From contig QPGO01000027.1 in NCBI GenBank assembly GCA_008632985.1, forward strand, positions 372,001 through 436,000: 64,000 nt of DNA, in the 5' to 3' direction. Positions 11,753 to 23,200 of this stretch are shown here, in pieces (position 1 is the first letter of the stretch; each line of letters begins with the position of its first letter). The notes beneath the pieces are model-generated. The model searched no databases. It was not told the DNA's origin and saw only the letters and a list, made by a program, of their open reading frames with translations. The stretch is from Psammoneis japonica (Eukaryota). A program made the translations under genes and the position numbers.

Positions 11753-12028
11753 TGACAGAAAATGAAGGCAAATGGCAAGAATTCAAACAATGACTCCTTG
11801 CTGCTGTCTAAACAGCAGATGAGTCTCCGCTCAGAGACCGTTGCAGGAGCCGAAAGACGTGTAAGTCGGTATAATCGGGCTACTGTTATTATTCTTGTGA
11901 GCCTTGTGGCTCGAAAGCAAACTACATCGCGCGTGAACGCGCGGAACTAAAGCACACAAAACTGTGCACGGTAAACTAAACAGCGCGCGATGCTTCGCGC
12001 GCACCTAAATCCTGTTCAAATCCTGTCA
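11753..12028 (-). repeat. 5' LTR of Copia element (less mutated copy)
   Basis: Direct repeat of 4349-4624; keeps 12 TA dinucleotides versus 3 in the 3' LTR. Confidence 0.97.
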
Positions 12029-14599
12029 CCAAGGGTGGAAGAAGAAGCAAAGTTTGTCAAATGCTGTCTGTCATCCTTCTGGACAATGCCACACAGGCCA
12101 CCATCATCAGCAAAATGGGTTGATGCTGCCATCTCAAATGCTTTGTGCTTCAAACCTCCTTCATGTTCAAGTGTGCAATCCTCTCCAAATTTGCCAAGTC
12201 TTGCACATTGGAAGGGGATGGCACATCACCAAGGACCACATTGAGTGCACTTCCATGGGCAATGCCGTGGATCACTCTGTGACAAGCCCAGGCTCATTGC
12301 GCACTCCTGAACCCCAAATTGTGCACCTTTTTTACACTTTGTGCAGTGTGCACAACTCCACTTGTCTCTGGCACTGGATGATGACAAGACACATGACAAT
12401 CCAGTTGAGTGAGAAAGCAAGAAGCAAAGTGATGCTGCCAACATCTGAGCAGCTGTTGTTGTTCCTTCTGCACTGCACCATCTGTTTGCACAAGAGACAC
12501 TTCTCATTGTCAAAGCAGCTGTCATGTGCAGTTGGAAGAAAAAGAAATCAGAGGCAGAAAAGCTGAAAAAAGCACTGGAGACTTCAAGGAAGGCTGCTGA
12601 GAAAGCTGCTGCCAAAGAAGCTGCAACAAAGAAAGGAAACCACCAGCCAATGTGTCAATTGCTTCTGTGCTCAAGATGTCTGAAACGAACTTCGACGAGG
12701 ATTGTGAGCACTTTGGAGCCCCGCTGAAATCTGTTGGAAAGCTTGAGAACTGGTGCAATGTTGAGTGGAAGTGGAGCAAGGCAGGTCAAGAGATCAATTC
12801 ATTTTGACTGCAATCCAGATGCACATGATGTTGCAGTTGTGAAGGTGTTGCAGGAGAGCAAGAAAGAAACTGAAGCAAAGCACCAGGATGTGTGATGAAA
12901 CTGGCGAAACTGGCACGCCATGTCTGCACGCCAACCAAGGGAAGGAGCGAGCACAAAAAGAAGGGGGGAAACCATGAGGGTTTGGGAATGGCAGCGTGTT
13001 TGCCATGAGACACATCTGGCCATGTCTGAAGCTGCATTTCTGGCGGTCCTTGTTCAACTTTCCCATGCTTCAGTTGAGTGAGTTTTTTCTCAGCTCAACA
13101 AGTGTGCTCTTGTTGAGACAGCTCAGCACAACATGTTGCACAAAGATGCCACTTTGTTGCATCTTTTTTTCTTGTTTGCACACAGCACATGCTGTCAATC
13201 AAGACCACCAGTGGTGCTGCAAGAGAGAAGCCTTGAGTCAAAGAGAGCCATTTCTCAGCTCTAGCATGCTTCCATGGTGCAACTTTGTTGTGTCATTTTT
13301 CACATTGGCACAAAGGATGAGGATTCAGCAGCAAGCACAGTGCAGCAGTGTGATGTGATTAACAGCATGATGCAGTGGCAATGTCCCTGGTCCATTCCTG
13401 GTCTCACACATGTGAGACAGTGCAGAAATTTTGGTCACAGACATTCTTTGGGTCATTCTGCCCCCTGTCTCACAAACAATGTGAGACCAGGATTTTGTTC
13501 ACATCAATGTCATCATGTGCCACATGAAATTGGATGCACACCTCATGCAACATCCGGCATGTGCAACTGAATGAAAAAAAGGCAGCTTCAAAATGTTGTT
13601 CCTGTGGAATTTTGCATGTTTTCCAGTGCAAATCATGGTCTCACATGTCTGAGACCAGGGTCACATTTAGACCTGAAATGCCTCTCCCCTCCGGATGCAT
13701 TGTGGAAAGCCACTTCACAGGTTGTTTGAACAATTTCAACCACCAGACACTTTCATTTGAGAATGTTTTAGCTCCTTTGGTCTGCTCAGGTGTCAAATGA
13801 CCAGTTCCATGCATGGTTGTGGGTCACTGAAAACCTGGTCTCAGAATGGTGAGGCCAGGATTTGTGGACCAGGAACATGATGCACTGGTGATGCAATGCA
13901 GCAGCAATGTAAAATGCAATCAAGAAGCAACAAACAGCATCACATTGCCAGCTGCCAGCAATGAAGCATGGCTGCGCTGAACCTGGCACTGCACTGCACA
14001 CATTCTGCACAGTGCACACTCTGTGCAATGCATTGTGCGCTCCACTCACTGAAAATCAAAAATGGGCCTGGCCCCACTTTTTGACATTTCTGATTGGGTT
14101 TCACACCAGTGTGACAGGGAAGAAAGTTTCTGTTGACATCCTGCAACCACCCCCCACAAAGCCATCCATTGCCCAGCATCTGTGCAAACCCTTCAACTCC
14201 AAGAGCTTTGCAGCATCTGCCCTGCCTGATGCAACACCCTCCAGAGCTGGTGATGGCAAATTTACCTTGATTCACCCACCATCACCACACCAATCAGCAG
14301 TTGCAGCACACCTTGAAAAAGGCCCAAAACTGTCAAAAGTTTGTGGGGCCAAGACATGCAACATGGACCGTTCCTCTCCACCCATCAACCCCTTCAATGC
14401 AAATGCTTTCAATTGAGTCTTTGGCATCTGATGTCAAGACAAAGAATCAAAAACTGAAATCTGGTGCATTTTGACCTGTGAGTGCACATCATGTCAGCAA
14501 TTTGAAAGAAGTCTCACCTGCAAATTGTGCACCAGCCCATGAGCCAACATCCAGCTGTCATCATGCATCACAGGAAATGGCTCCAGCAAGAACTGCACA

Positions 14600-15020
14600 A
14601 GCCTTTTTGAGTGGTTCAACATCAACCCATCTTCCAGACAGCCAAACCTGGATCCAGGAACATTCTTGAACCCCCAAGACCAAAACCATGTCAGACATGA
14701 TCTCCAACCCATCTTTGATCAACAAGGACAACCTTCAGAAGCTGCACTTCCGCTGTGAGCAACCCATGCATGCAGGGAATGTCATCATTGAAAACAACAT
14801 GCTTGTCATCTGCAAATCCATGATTGACTCTGTTGGAAACTTCGCCAAACTTCAAATCATGCCATTTGAGAATCTTTGGAATGTGACATTTGTCATGTTC
14901 CACACAAACCCCATTGGAAGCCACTTTAGCATGCACCGCACCTTCCACCACATCTGACTGCAATGCTTCTGGCCAAACATGCACAAGCACATCACAAACT
15001 GGATCAGCAAATGCCTTGCC
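14600..15020 (+). pseudogene. Degenerate retrotransposon integrase zinc-binding (HHCC) fragment
   Basis: LQIMP...FHTNPIGSHFSMHRTFHHI*LQCFWPNMHKHITNWISKC resembles the H..GH.G...T...R..YWP.M...I...C motif, with Tyr->His/Cys and Arg->stop changes. Confidence 0.6.
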
Positions 15021-16399
15021 AAACTCAACAATGAACTTGAACTCAATGGGGTGCATGCCAAAGATGGGTTCTCACAAGCAACAGTGGACTGTCTCAAACC
15101 CTCATCAAATCCCATTTTCATTGAGGTGCTTGAAGGCATCAATGCAAGTGTAAACAACAGCATGGACTTGACACTTGACTGGCCCTCACAGTCCACAAAA
15201 TTGGAGCACCAACTGCACAGCAAAACCACAAACCATCCCAACCGGCATCAAATCTGAGCCACCTCATGTCCTGCATCATCCAGAGTGAGCACAACAAGCA
15301 GTTCTTTGTCTCATGCTGAGCCCCTGGCACTGCTTGCACTGAGTGGAATCTCATTCAAGCAAATTGAACACTGTGGCCAAATGCCCTGATGCATTTTCAG
15401 ACAACAAAATCTGCGTTGAATTTTTTGCTCATCATCCACACCACAATGATGTGCAGCTCAGCACCCCAAATCAATGCTGTTGGAAAGAGCATCACTGACT
15501 CAACAGCAGGTTTGTTCTCCACAACAATTTCCACCTTCTCAAGCCATCACCAAATGAGCACAGTTGTGCACGTGAAAAGTGCTTGATTGTTTTCTTGCAG
15601 CGGGTGCATGTCAATCACCCAGATGTGTGCCTCAACGGACCCTTCAATTTTGCAGTGATCAGGCATGCAATTGTGTGTTCTCCACAGACTCCTGGAAAAT
15701 CCTGTCATCATTGTCGCAACAACACATGAGAATGAAGCTCCAACCAAACAACCGTCAAACCTGTTGTTCTGGCTCAACATCATGAACATGCAGTTTCACA
15801 CCATTCATTGGGACCCTGCAATGGAAGCCCAGGCATTTGCCCTTCTCACTCACAAACATGTGCACAACAATTAAATGCTGAGCTCTCACAAGCTGTCAGA
15901 CCATCAAACGATCCACAACCACCATCTCCTCTTAAATGAGTTGCTCCCAAAAGATTGGCCTGGTCCAAAACCATTTTCCCACCAAAACAGAAACCACCCA
16001 AAATGGCACCCCAGCCCAAAATGGGCACCCCCACAATTTTTCTTTTTCATTCAACACCCCTCAGGTTTTTGCAAATCATGCTTTTTCTCCTCACCCATCA
16101 TCCTCTCCAACATCATCCCCATGGTGTTCTGTCTGCATGAAGCATCTGAATCTTGTCAAAAGCTCCACAGCTTTTGCCATCTTTTTTGGGTGGCTTGAAA
16201 GCAGAGCTTGTCAAAGCTGATGTCAGCAATGCCCAATTCCAGAAAGCTGTCAACCATTGGCACATGAGTTGCCAATTGTTGGCAGTTTTCCTCTTTCCTT
16301 GCCACTTTTTCAGTGCACCACAGGAGAGCAGCTCACAATCTGGGTGATCATCACTCACTTCCATGCCACTCCACTTTTAAGAATTGATGATTCTTTTTT

Positions 16400-18700
16400 G
16401 CTGCAATGCAGCAAAGTGCAGCACACATGTTCACAAAGCAACAAATGAAGACATTCAACCTGTGGCAAGAGCTGTTCCATGCAAACTCAAGCAATGTGCC
16501 ATTTCCTTGCTCACGGGGTCCATGCTCAAGTTCCACACATCAGCCACATGCCCAACGGCAGCATTTGCATCGACTGCATCATCCTCATCACGATCCTCTT
16601 GTTCATCCCAAACATCAACATCTTGCAATCATTCCATCCTTTTGTGTCGTCAATGTGGAACATGACATTGGTCAGAAGACACGCTCTTTGCAAGGCCCTG
16701 CATGCCAAGGTTGGTCCTTTGCATTGACATTGCTGACCCACTCTTGTGACTTCCTCTGTTGGCACCCCAGGCAGCTGCAAGGCATCCGTTGCACCAACGT
16801 GGAGCTTGTCCCAGCACAAAGTCTACAAAGAGATCACAGTGTGCCTGCAAGCTGTTGTGCTCACCTTTTTCAAATCCCAATGGTTGTGCCACTTTGCAAC
16901 AAGATGCTCAGGCCAGAGAATGTGCGGTTGTCACTCTTTTGTCTTCCTGTCCATGTGAAGCTTCCTTCAACATGAGTGGCTGATGACTCCATGTGCCCCA
17001 TCTCTGGATCACTCAAGACCTCAAAAGCTGCAGCTGCCAGGCCAGTGCACTCCTCTCCATCCACTGCATGAGTGCTGATTTTTTGTTGTCATCTTCTGGT
17101 GCAGTCTTGGGCTGGGACACAAGACAAGTGAAGCACTTGTCCAGTTCTGTCTTGTTGGCTCCATTTTGTGAGTCCACCATGCCCTTTTTTTGCCCAAGAG
17201 CCAACACTGCTTGGCTGTGTGTGATTTTGAACTCAAACACCAGGAGCAACAGAAGGAGCAGAGCTGCTCTGCTTCAGTGCTGGCAACAGCAGCCATCCAA
17301 ATGGTCCAACATTTTCTTCATTTTCTCTCATGTCATTTCACCCCATTTGACAAGGTTCTCAAGCATGGCTTTGATGTTCTTGCACATGGTGGCTGCATCC
17401 CACTGTCTCTCAACTAACAAACATGAGCAGAGCACCATTTTTCAATCTGTCTTGCCTTGGACCTTCAAGTTGATGGTGGCTCCTTCCATTGACACATTTT
17501 GATTGTTTCCAAGCCTTTCAGACACAATGTCTCCATCAGGTGTGGCATCACACCACTCAGCATGATCTCCATCTCCTTGCTCATTTCTTGACCACATTCA
17601 TTCATTGCTCCCCAACATGATGACATGCATCCCATTGTGGAACATCTTTTTGAGACATTTGGAGCACATTCCTTTTCTTGCCATGAAGTCCTTCATCAGG
17701 GCTCTGACTCTTGCCCTCAATTTTCCAGAGGTGATGTTGGGCCTTTTCTTGAGCTTTGCCTTTTCCTCCTCAGTCATTTTCTCACACCTCACATTTGTTG
17801 CTTCCCTTGTGAATGTGACCTGTGCTGTGGATGTTGCATTTCACAAAAGTTGAGAACACATTGCAGCTGATGGGTTCATTGCAATCCTTCTCCAATTGGG
17901 GGCTTGTTGCACAGGGCAGTTGGGGCATCTCCTGAGAACACAAAGTGAAGATGGGAGAACACTTCAGTGTTGCCACAACTGACAGTTTCAGCAGCATCCC
18001 ACACTCTTTTGTGAAGAGGCATGCCATCTTTGTGCAATGTGCTTTGTCTGTTGACTCTGCTTTGTGCATGAGCCATTGCACCCTTCTGCCATGCCAGTGG
18101 CTCAACAACTCTTGTTTGTCATTTCATGTGACACAAACTTTGCAACCACACATTTGCCTGCTCCTCTTTGTCATTTTTGACACCCAGTTGGGCATGAATT
18201 TTCTGAGTGCTGTCTCTGGCAACAAACACAGCTCCATTGTTGTCCCCTGAGCTCCACAAAATCCACCACTCCTGCTGGGATCTTGTGTCATTTTGTTGCG
18301 CAGTTCTCAAGGCAACATGGCAAGCAGCTTTCACTGTGTTTCTTCATGCTTGTTGTCACATCTCCTTCTTGTGACCCTTGCCCATTTGTGAGAGCATGTT
18401 GGCACACAACATCAGCGGCAAATTTGCAACAGCAGAGACAAAGCAACCCAATGATGGAAAGACTTGCCTTTGTGGCTTCTCTTCCAAATGGTGTTGTTTT
18501 TAAGTGGAGAGTCCTTCATGTGTCTGTTCTTCACAATCCAATCTCTCAAGCCTTCAATGAGCTCATTGGGGCATTTTGACCATGGTCTCTTTTTCTCTGC
18601 CAACTCACATGATGCTTCATCCCCATTCTTTGCTTTCCTTCTCTTCTTCTCCAATCTGGCAAACAAGCAAGATCCAGCAGCAGCAACCAGGATGCCAAGC
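16400..18700 (-). pseudogene. Degenerate DDD transposase relic, Sola2-like
   Basis: Minus-strand LDHLDGCCCQH*S (~17270-17310) back-mutates to SDGCxxQYRS, followed by LALGQKKGMVDSQNG (cf. HGKGxxDG); upstream Cys motif QMCGCKVC. Family assignment is from remembered motifs; limits approximate. Confidence 0.5.
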
Positions 18701-19378
18701 TGGTGGCTCAGTGCTGAGTCTTCAGGTGATTCAGGAGGGGCATGTTTGCTGTTGTCAATCCAGTGCCATTGGCAATTGCACGGCATTTGTCCATTGGTTG
18801 GCCATTGTTTGACTTTGTTTTGCTCATGGCTTTCAAGAAACTCCTGGTGTTTTGAGCCATTTGCATGCTGACTTTTGCCTCCTCAGAATTAAAGCCAGCC
18901 ATTGATGATGAAACTGCTGTGACTCTTGGATCTGCAAGGGTGCCTTGTGATGCCAGCAACCATTGTTGATCAAAGTTGCCTGCGCTTGGCATTGCAACTG
19001 CTGTCGTGTGTTTGGCCCTGTTCTTTGCCCACGTTGCTGCCTCAGGTGCGTCATTTCCTTGCCACAATTGCCTGCTCAAATTGCCTGGCTTGTGATGGCA
19101 ATGCGCAAACTGACCCAACAGATTTGATGCATCTGGTGTTGGCAGATCTGCAAGCTGGTTGCAACATTGCCCATTTTGGTTGCAGTGTTGCCCACCTTTG
19201 AGCAGCGCCACTTGTTGCATCAGAGTCTTGAGCTGCTGATGGCCTTGTTGAAGTCTGCAATCATTTTGCTCAAAGCAGCACCAGCTTTTTCTTTCTTTGA
19301 CCCACTGAACAGCAAGTGTTGCATCCACAATGCCCAAGAAATTGACTGCATGAAAACAGCTGGGACTGGATCCATCTC

Positions 19379-20225
19379 TGACAGGATTTGAGTGAGATTT
19401 TAGTTCGTCACACATGATTGTGTGTGCTCTCAGTTCCGCGTGCATCGCGATGCAGTTTGCTTTCGAGCCACCAGCTCACAAGAACAACAACAGTGGTGCC
19501 AACATCACGACACCAGTTTTTCGGCTCCTGTGACGGTCTCTGCATGGAGACTCATCTGCCATTTAGACAGCAGTGAGGAGTCATTGGTTTCTTCCACCCA
19601 GTCATCTTCATTTTCTGTCAGTCCGCAAGGACATGCGTTGAGCAGATCATTGATCTGCACATCACTTTGCGTCACCTTGGTGTCCCCATTTGTGAAACAT
19701 GTTGCATGTTTGGGGACAACAAGTTGGTTGTGGACAGTGCTGCCATCCCGCACTCCAAGTTGCACAAGCGACACACCGCCCTCTCATTCCATCATGCACG
19801 TGAGGCGATTGCCTCCGGTTTCCTTGAGTTTCATTTCATCAAAGGCTCCTGCAACCCAGCTGACATCCTCAGCAAGCATTGGGGTTGCTCCCAAGTCTGG
19901 AGCCTCCTTCGTCCTCTAATGTTTTGGAACTTTGATCCTGAGGCTTTCAACCAATCTGACCTCGAATCTGTCGCTGTTGATGCCTCAAGCAAACTGGGGA
20001 GTGACAGGATTTGAACAAGATTTTAGTTTGTCACGCACAATCATGTGTGCTCTTAGTTCAGCGCGCATCGTGCGTGCGATGTAGTTTGCTGACAACAGCA
20101 GTGCCGACATCGCGACACTTGTCTTTTGGCTCCTGCAATGGTCTCTGCACGGAGACTCATCTGCTGTTTAGACAGCAGCAAGGAGTTGTTGTTTTCTTTC
20201 ACCCAGTCATCTTCATTTTCTGTCA
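19379..20225 (+). mobile_element. Non-autonomous deletion derivative of a closely related Copia (LTR - RNase H tail - PPT - LTR)
   Basis: LTRs 19379-19620 and 20002-20225 are similar to the reverse complement of 4349-4624; TSD ATCTC at 19374-19378 and 20226-20230; the 381-bp interior encodes ARTCVEQIIDL...NPADILSKHWG; PPT AAACTGGGGAG precedes 20002. Confidence 0.92.
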
Positions 20226-23200
20226 ATCTCTCTGAGGTTGTTTGGCACAGACAGTGCTGGAGGAGAGAATGCCAAGCAACATGGAGGCAAGGCAACTCAT
20301 CTCTGAGACAACAGCAGAGGCAGCAGAGTTGCTTTCAATGGCACATGTTTTTTCTGCTTCATGCCTCTCTGTTCAATCCTTGTTTCTTTTGTCCTTTTTG
20401 CTCACTTTGGGTGGCATTGTCAGGAGCAAACAGCGCAACATGTGCACTCAGCTCCACTGACATCAAGAAAAAGAGGAGATGTGATGCCACTCTTTTTTTT
20501 GTGTTGGCTCTTTGCACAATGAAGAATGTGGGAAGTCTTTCAGAATGGTGGTCAGATGCAACAAAAAAGAAACAGCAAAACATGCTCTCAAGAAATGCAC
20601 CTGAAAAACATCAATGCAGAGTTTTCCATGTCAGTTTCACACAAAAAATTCTGCTCACTGGATCATCCTTCTATTTCATGCACCCTCCAAGCAATGACAA
20701 CCATGGTCGGCACTTCAAAACAAACAGATCTGAGGAAAGAAACAATGAAAAATTGGGGGGAAGTTTGCCAGATTTCTTTGCACCAAAGGCACAGTGACAG
20801 ATGGGGGACTGACAAAATGTCCAACCTCCCCATGCGCATTTCTCACCCTGTGGGATGAAAACACATCAGAGGCATTGGCACACATGTGTGCACTGCCTGC
20901 TGCTGCCATTTTTGCTGTGCAATGAATTCTGACAATGGCCGTTGCACATTTTTTTAGAGTGTGAAACAAACCAGCATGGCAGCTTTGAAAGATTGTGGCT
21001 GCACAAGGAAACAATCATTGACCAATGTGAGCCAAGCATTTGTGCTGGCTGCTTTTGGCATCTCTTCCATGTCCTGGAGAAGTTGCTGGTGATGTGTCCC
21101 AATCCACCAATTGGTTGATGCCAATGAAATGGCACTCATCTTGATTGTTGGTGTGGGCACCAAATCCATGCCATGGACATGTGCAAGCAATCAGAGGCAT
21201 GGAAGTGAGAGGAATGGGAAATGGCAGCAGAGGATCTGGTGGTGTTGTGGCTGTTGAGATGGCAGGTGAGTTAGACCCAAACCTTCCAGCACATGTCAAA
21301 GGTTCTGTTTTCAGCTTCCCAGAAGAAGATGGCACAGAGTCCTCTCAAGTGATGTCAGAGCTGCAGAAGAAATCCATGGAGACTCATTTGTTTGATTTCA
21401 TTGGAAATTTCTGCTCCAACAAACAACTTTTGACCATCATGATGACAACCCAGCAGCACACAAGAAGAGGCAGAGGTTGTTTTGTCAACCAAGCTTGCCA
21501 TGTGCAGCTGGAGGGCTCTCCGCAGCCTCCCCCCCATCAAAGTCCTCATGATGGGCTTGCAAAGTGGGTCTTCAACATGCTTGCCTGTGAGATCTGCTCA
21601 TGCTTGTTGGTCATTTCCAGCACAGCAACAGGCAGTGTTGGGTTCAAACCACCATTCACAATGTTGTTCCAAACCTGTGCATGGCTTTTGTGCTCTTGCT
21701 GAGAAGTGCGGCTGGAGCAAGATCTGGATCTGAACAATTTTTTAGAGCCATCATTCTACAAATTGCAAGCACCAGAGGAATCAAATGGGCTGTTGCAGAA
21801 AGAAACATTTCTGCCTGACCCCAAATTGACAATGAAAGCCACACATGACAACTGTGTGGACAAAGATGCCCAGCTGAAGCCACAGTCCCACACCCACTCC
21901 TGCAATTGACTTTGACAAGTTGGGGCTCATTCAAATCTGCCTTGACCATTGCTGGGTGCAATGTGAAGAATGAGAAGAGACAACTTTTGGAAGATGCTTC
22001 TTTCAAGACAACCCAAGAGAAACACCCTGACAAGTGCTTTTCATGAGCACACACCATGCTGCATGTTGGCTTTCACAAAAAATGCCAATGATGAGAGTGC
22101 TCAGCATGCTTTGTTGCACTCTTGTTGGTGTTGACAATGACACCTTAAAGTGCAGGCCACTCTCAGAGGCTGTTGGAGATTGTGTTGCTGCAAGAAGAAA
22201 AAGCCAAACAAGAGTTGCTCATTGAACCTGCCAATGCCAACAAATTCTTTGTGCAAGTCACCAGAGCCATCTTCTTGGCATTTGCCACCCAGAGCATTTG
22301 ATCTCAAAATCTTCATCTCTGAGTCTGCTCCCAGGTCATGGCAAGAGTCTTTAAACTCAGAATCTTTCTCTGAGTTTGCTTTCAGGTTGTGGCCACCTGA
22401 AGGCATGGACAATGTAAAAAACATCATCCAACATGTTGTCCCAGCATGTGCTTGCCAAGTCCTCATCAAAGACAGTGGCCAATTTCTCATCAGCTCTGTC
22501 ACAAAAAGCAAGTTTTTTCAAACTCATGAACCTGGTGCATTGGTCTTGCCTGCAGCCATCACAGTGATGCTGGGCTTTGTCATTGTGTTGCTGCTCTTTG
22601 CAGAGGCCCAGCAGAAGAAGTTGCAAAATGTCAGAAGCTGGCTCAACAATGTCAACTTAAGCGGCAGGCTTTGACTGGGTCAAAGTTGGCCAGACCCTTC
22701 CTGTGGTGATGCCAGCAGCTGTGCCATTGTGTTGGACTCAGGGGCCAATTCTCAGGCACACCACCAGCAACCTTTTTTTCTTGGATTTAGAAAGATCTTT
22801 TCTGGATGCAAGTGACTGCAGCCCCCCTCTTCTTTGATTTAGTGGAGGGTCCTTCCCAGGCATGGGAAGTGTCCTTCATCTGCCCTTTGTGGCAACCCTG
22901 CTTGGCTGTGTTGCCTTGGTCTTTTAAAGCAAAGAGTTTTTTTTTGTGCTTGTTCTTGCCACCCTCAAATGGTTCTGAGCTTTCTTCTTCTCAGTTTTGT
23001 TGGGATGATTCTTCCTGTGTGACTGGCGGTGATTGGCTGCTCTCTTTGTGTTGTTGTTGTGGCTTTTCACTGCACACCCTCATGAACAATCAAACTTTCT
23101 GATGAAACAAGTCTTGCTCACGTGACAAAACTTGTCACCCTCATGCAAGAATTGTGTGGTGCAGCAGTTGTCAAGAATGCTGCTGCAAGTTTCATTGATT

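Larger units (their letters stand above)
4349..12028 (-). mobile_element. Full-length Ty1/Copia LTR retrotransposon, hypermutated
   Basis: 276-bp LTRs (TG...CA) at 4349-4624 and 11753-12028; 5-bp TSD CCAAG at 4344-4348 and 12029-12033; PPT (minus strand AAACTGGGGAG) next to the 3' LTR; domain order gag-PR-IN-RT-RNaseH. Confidence 0.97.

Noticed and set aside
4349..12028. Classical RIP or simple methyl-CpG decay as the explanation
   Set aside because: RIP creates TpA and lowers GC, whereas TpA is lost here and conserved Tyr codons show TA is ancestral. CpG decay cannot alter TA, and CpG is largely retained in this element.
4349..12028. ADAR- or APOBEC-type editing of retroelement RNA/cDNA
   Set aside because: Changes occur on both strands, differ between LTRs of one insertion, affect DNA-transposon relics, and TAG contexts are preferentially spared.
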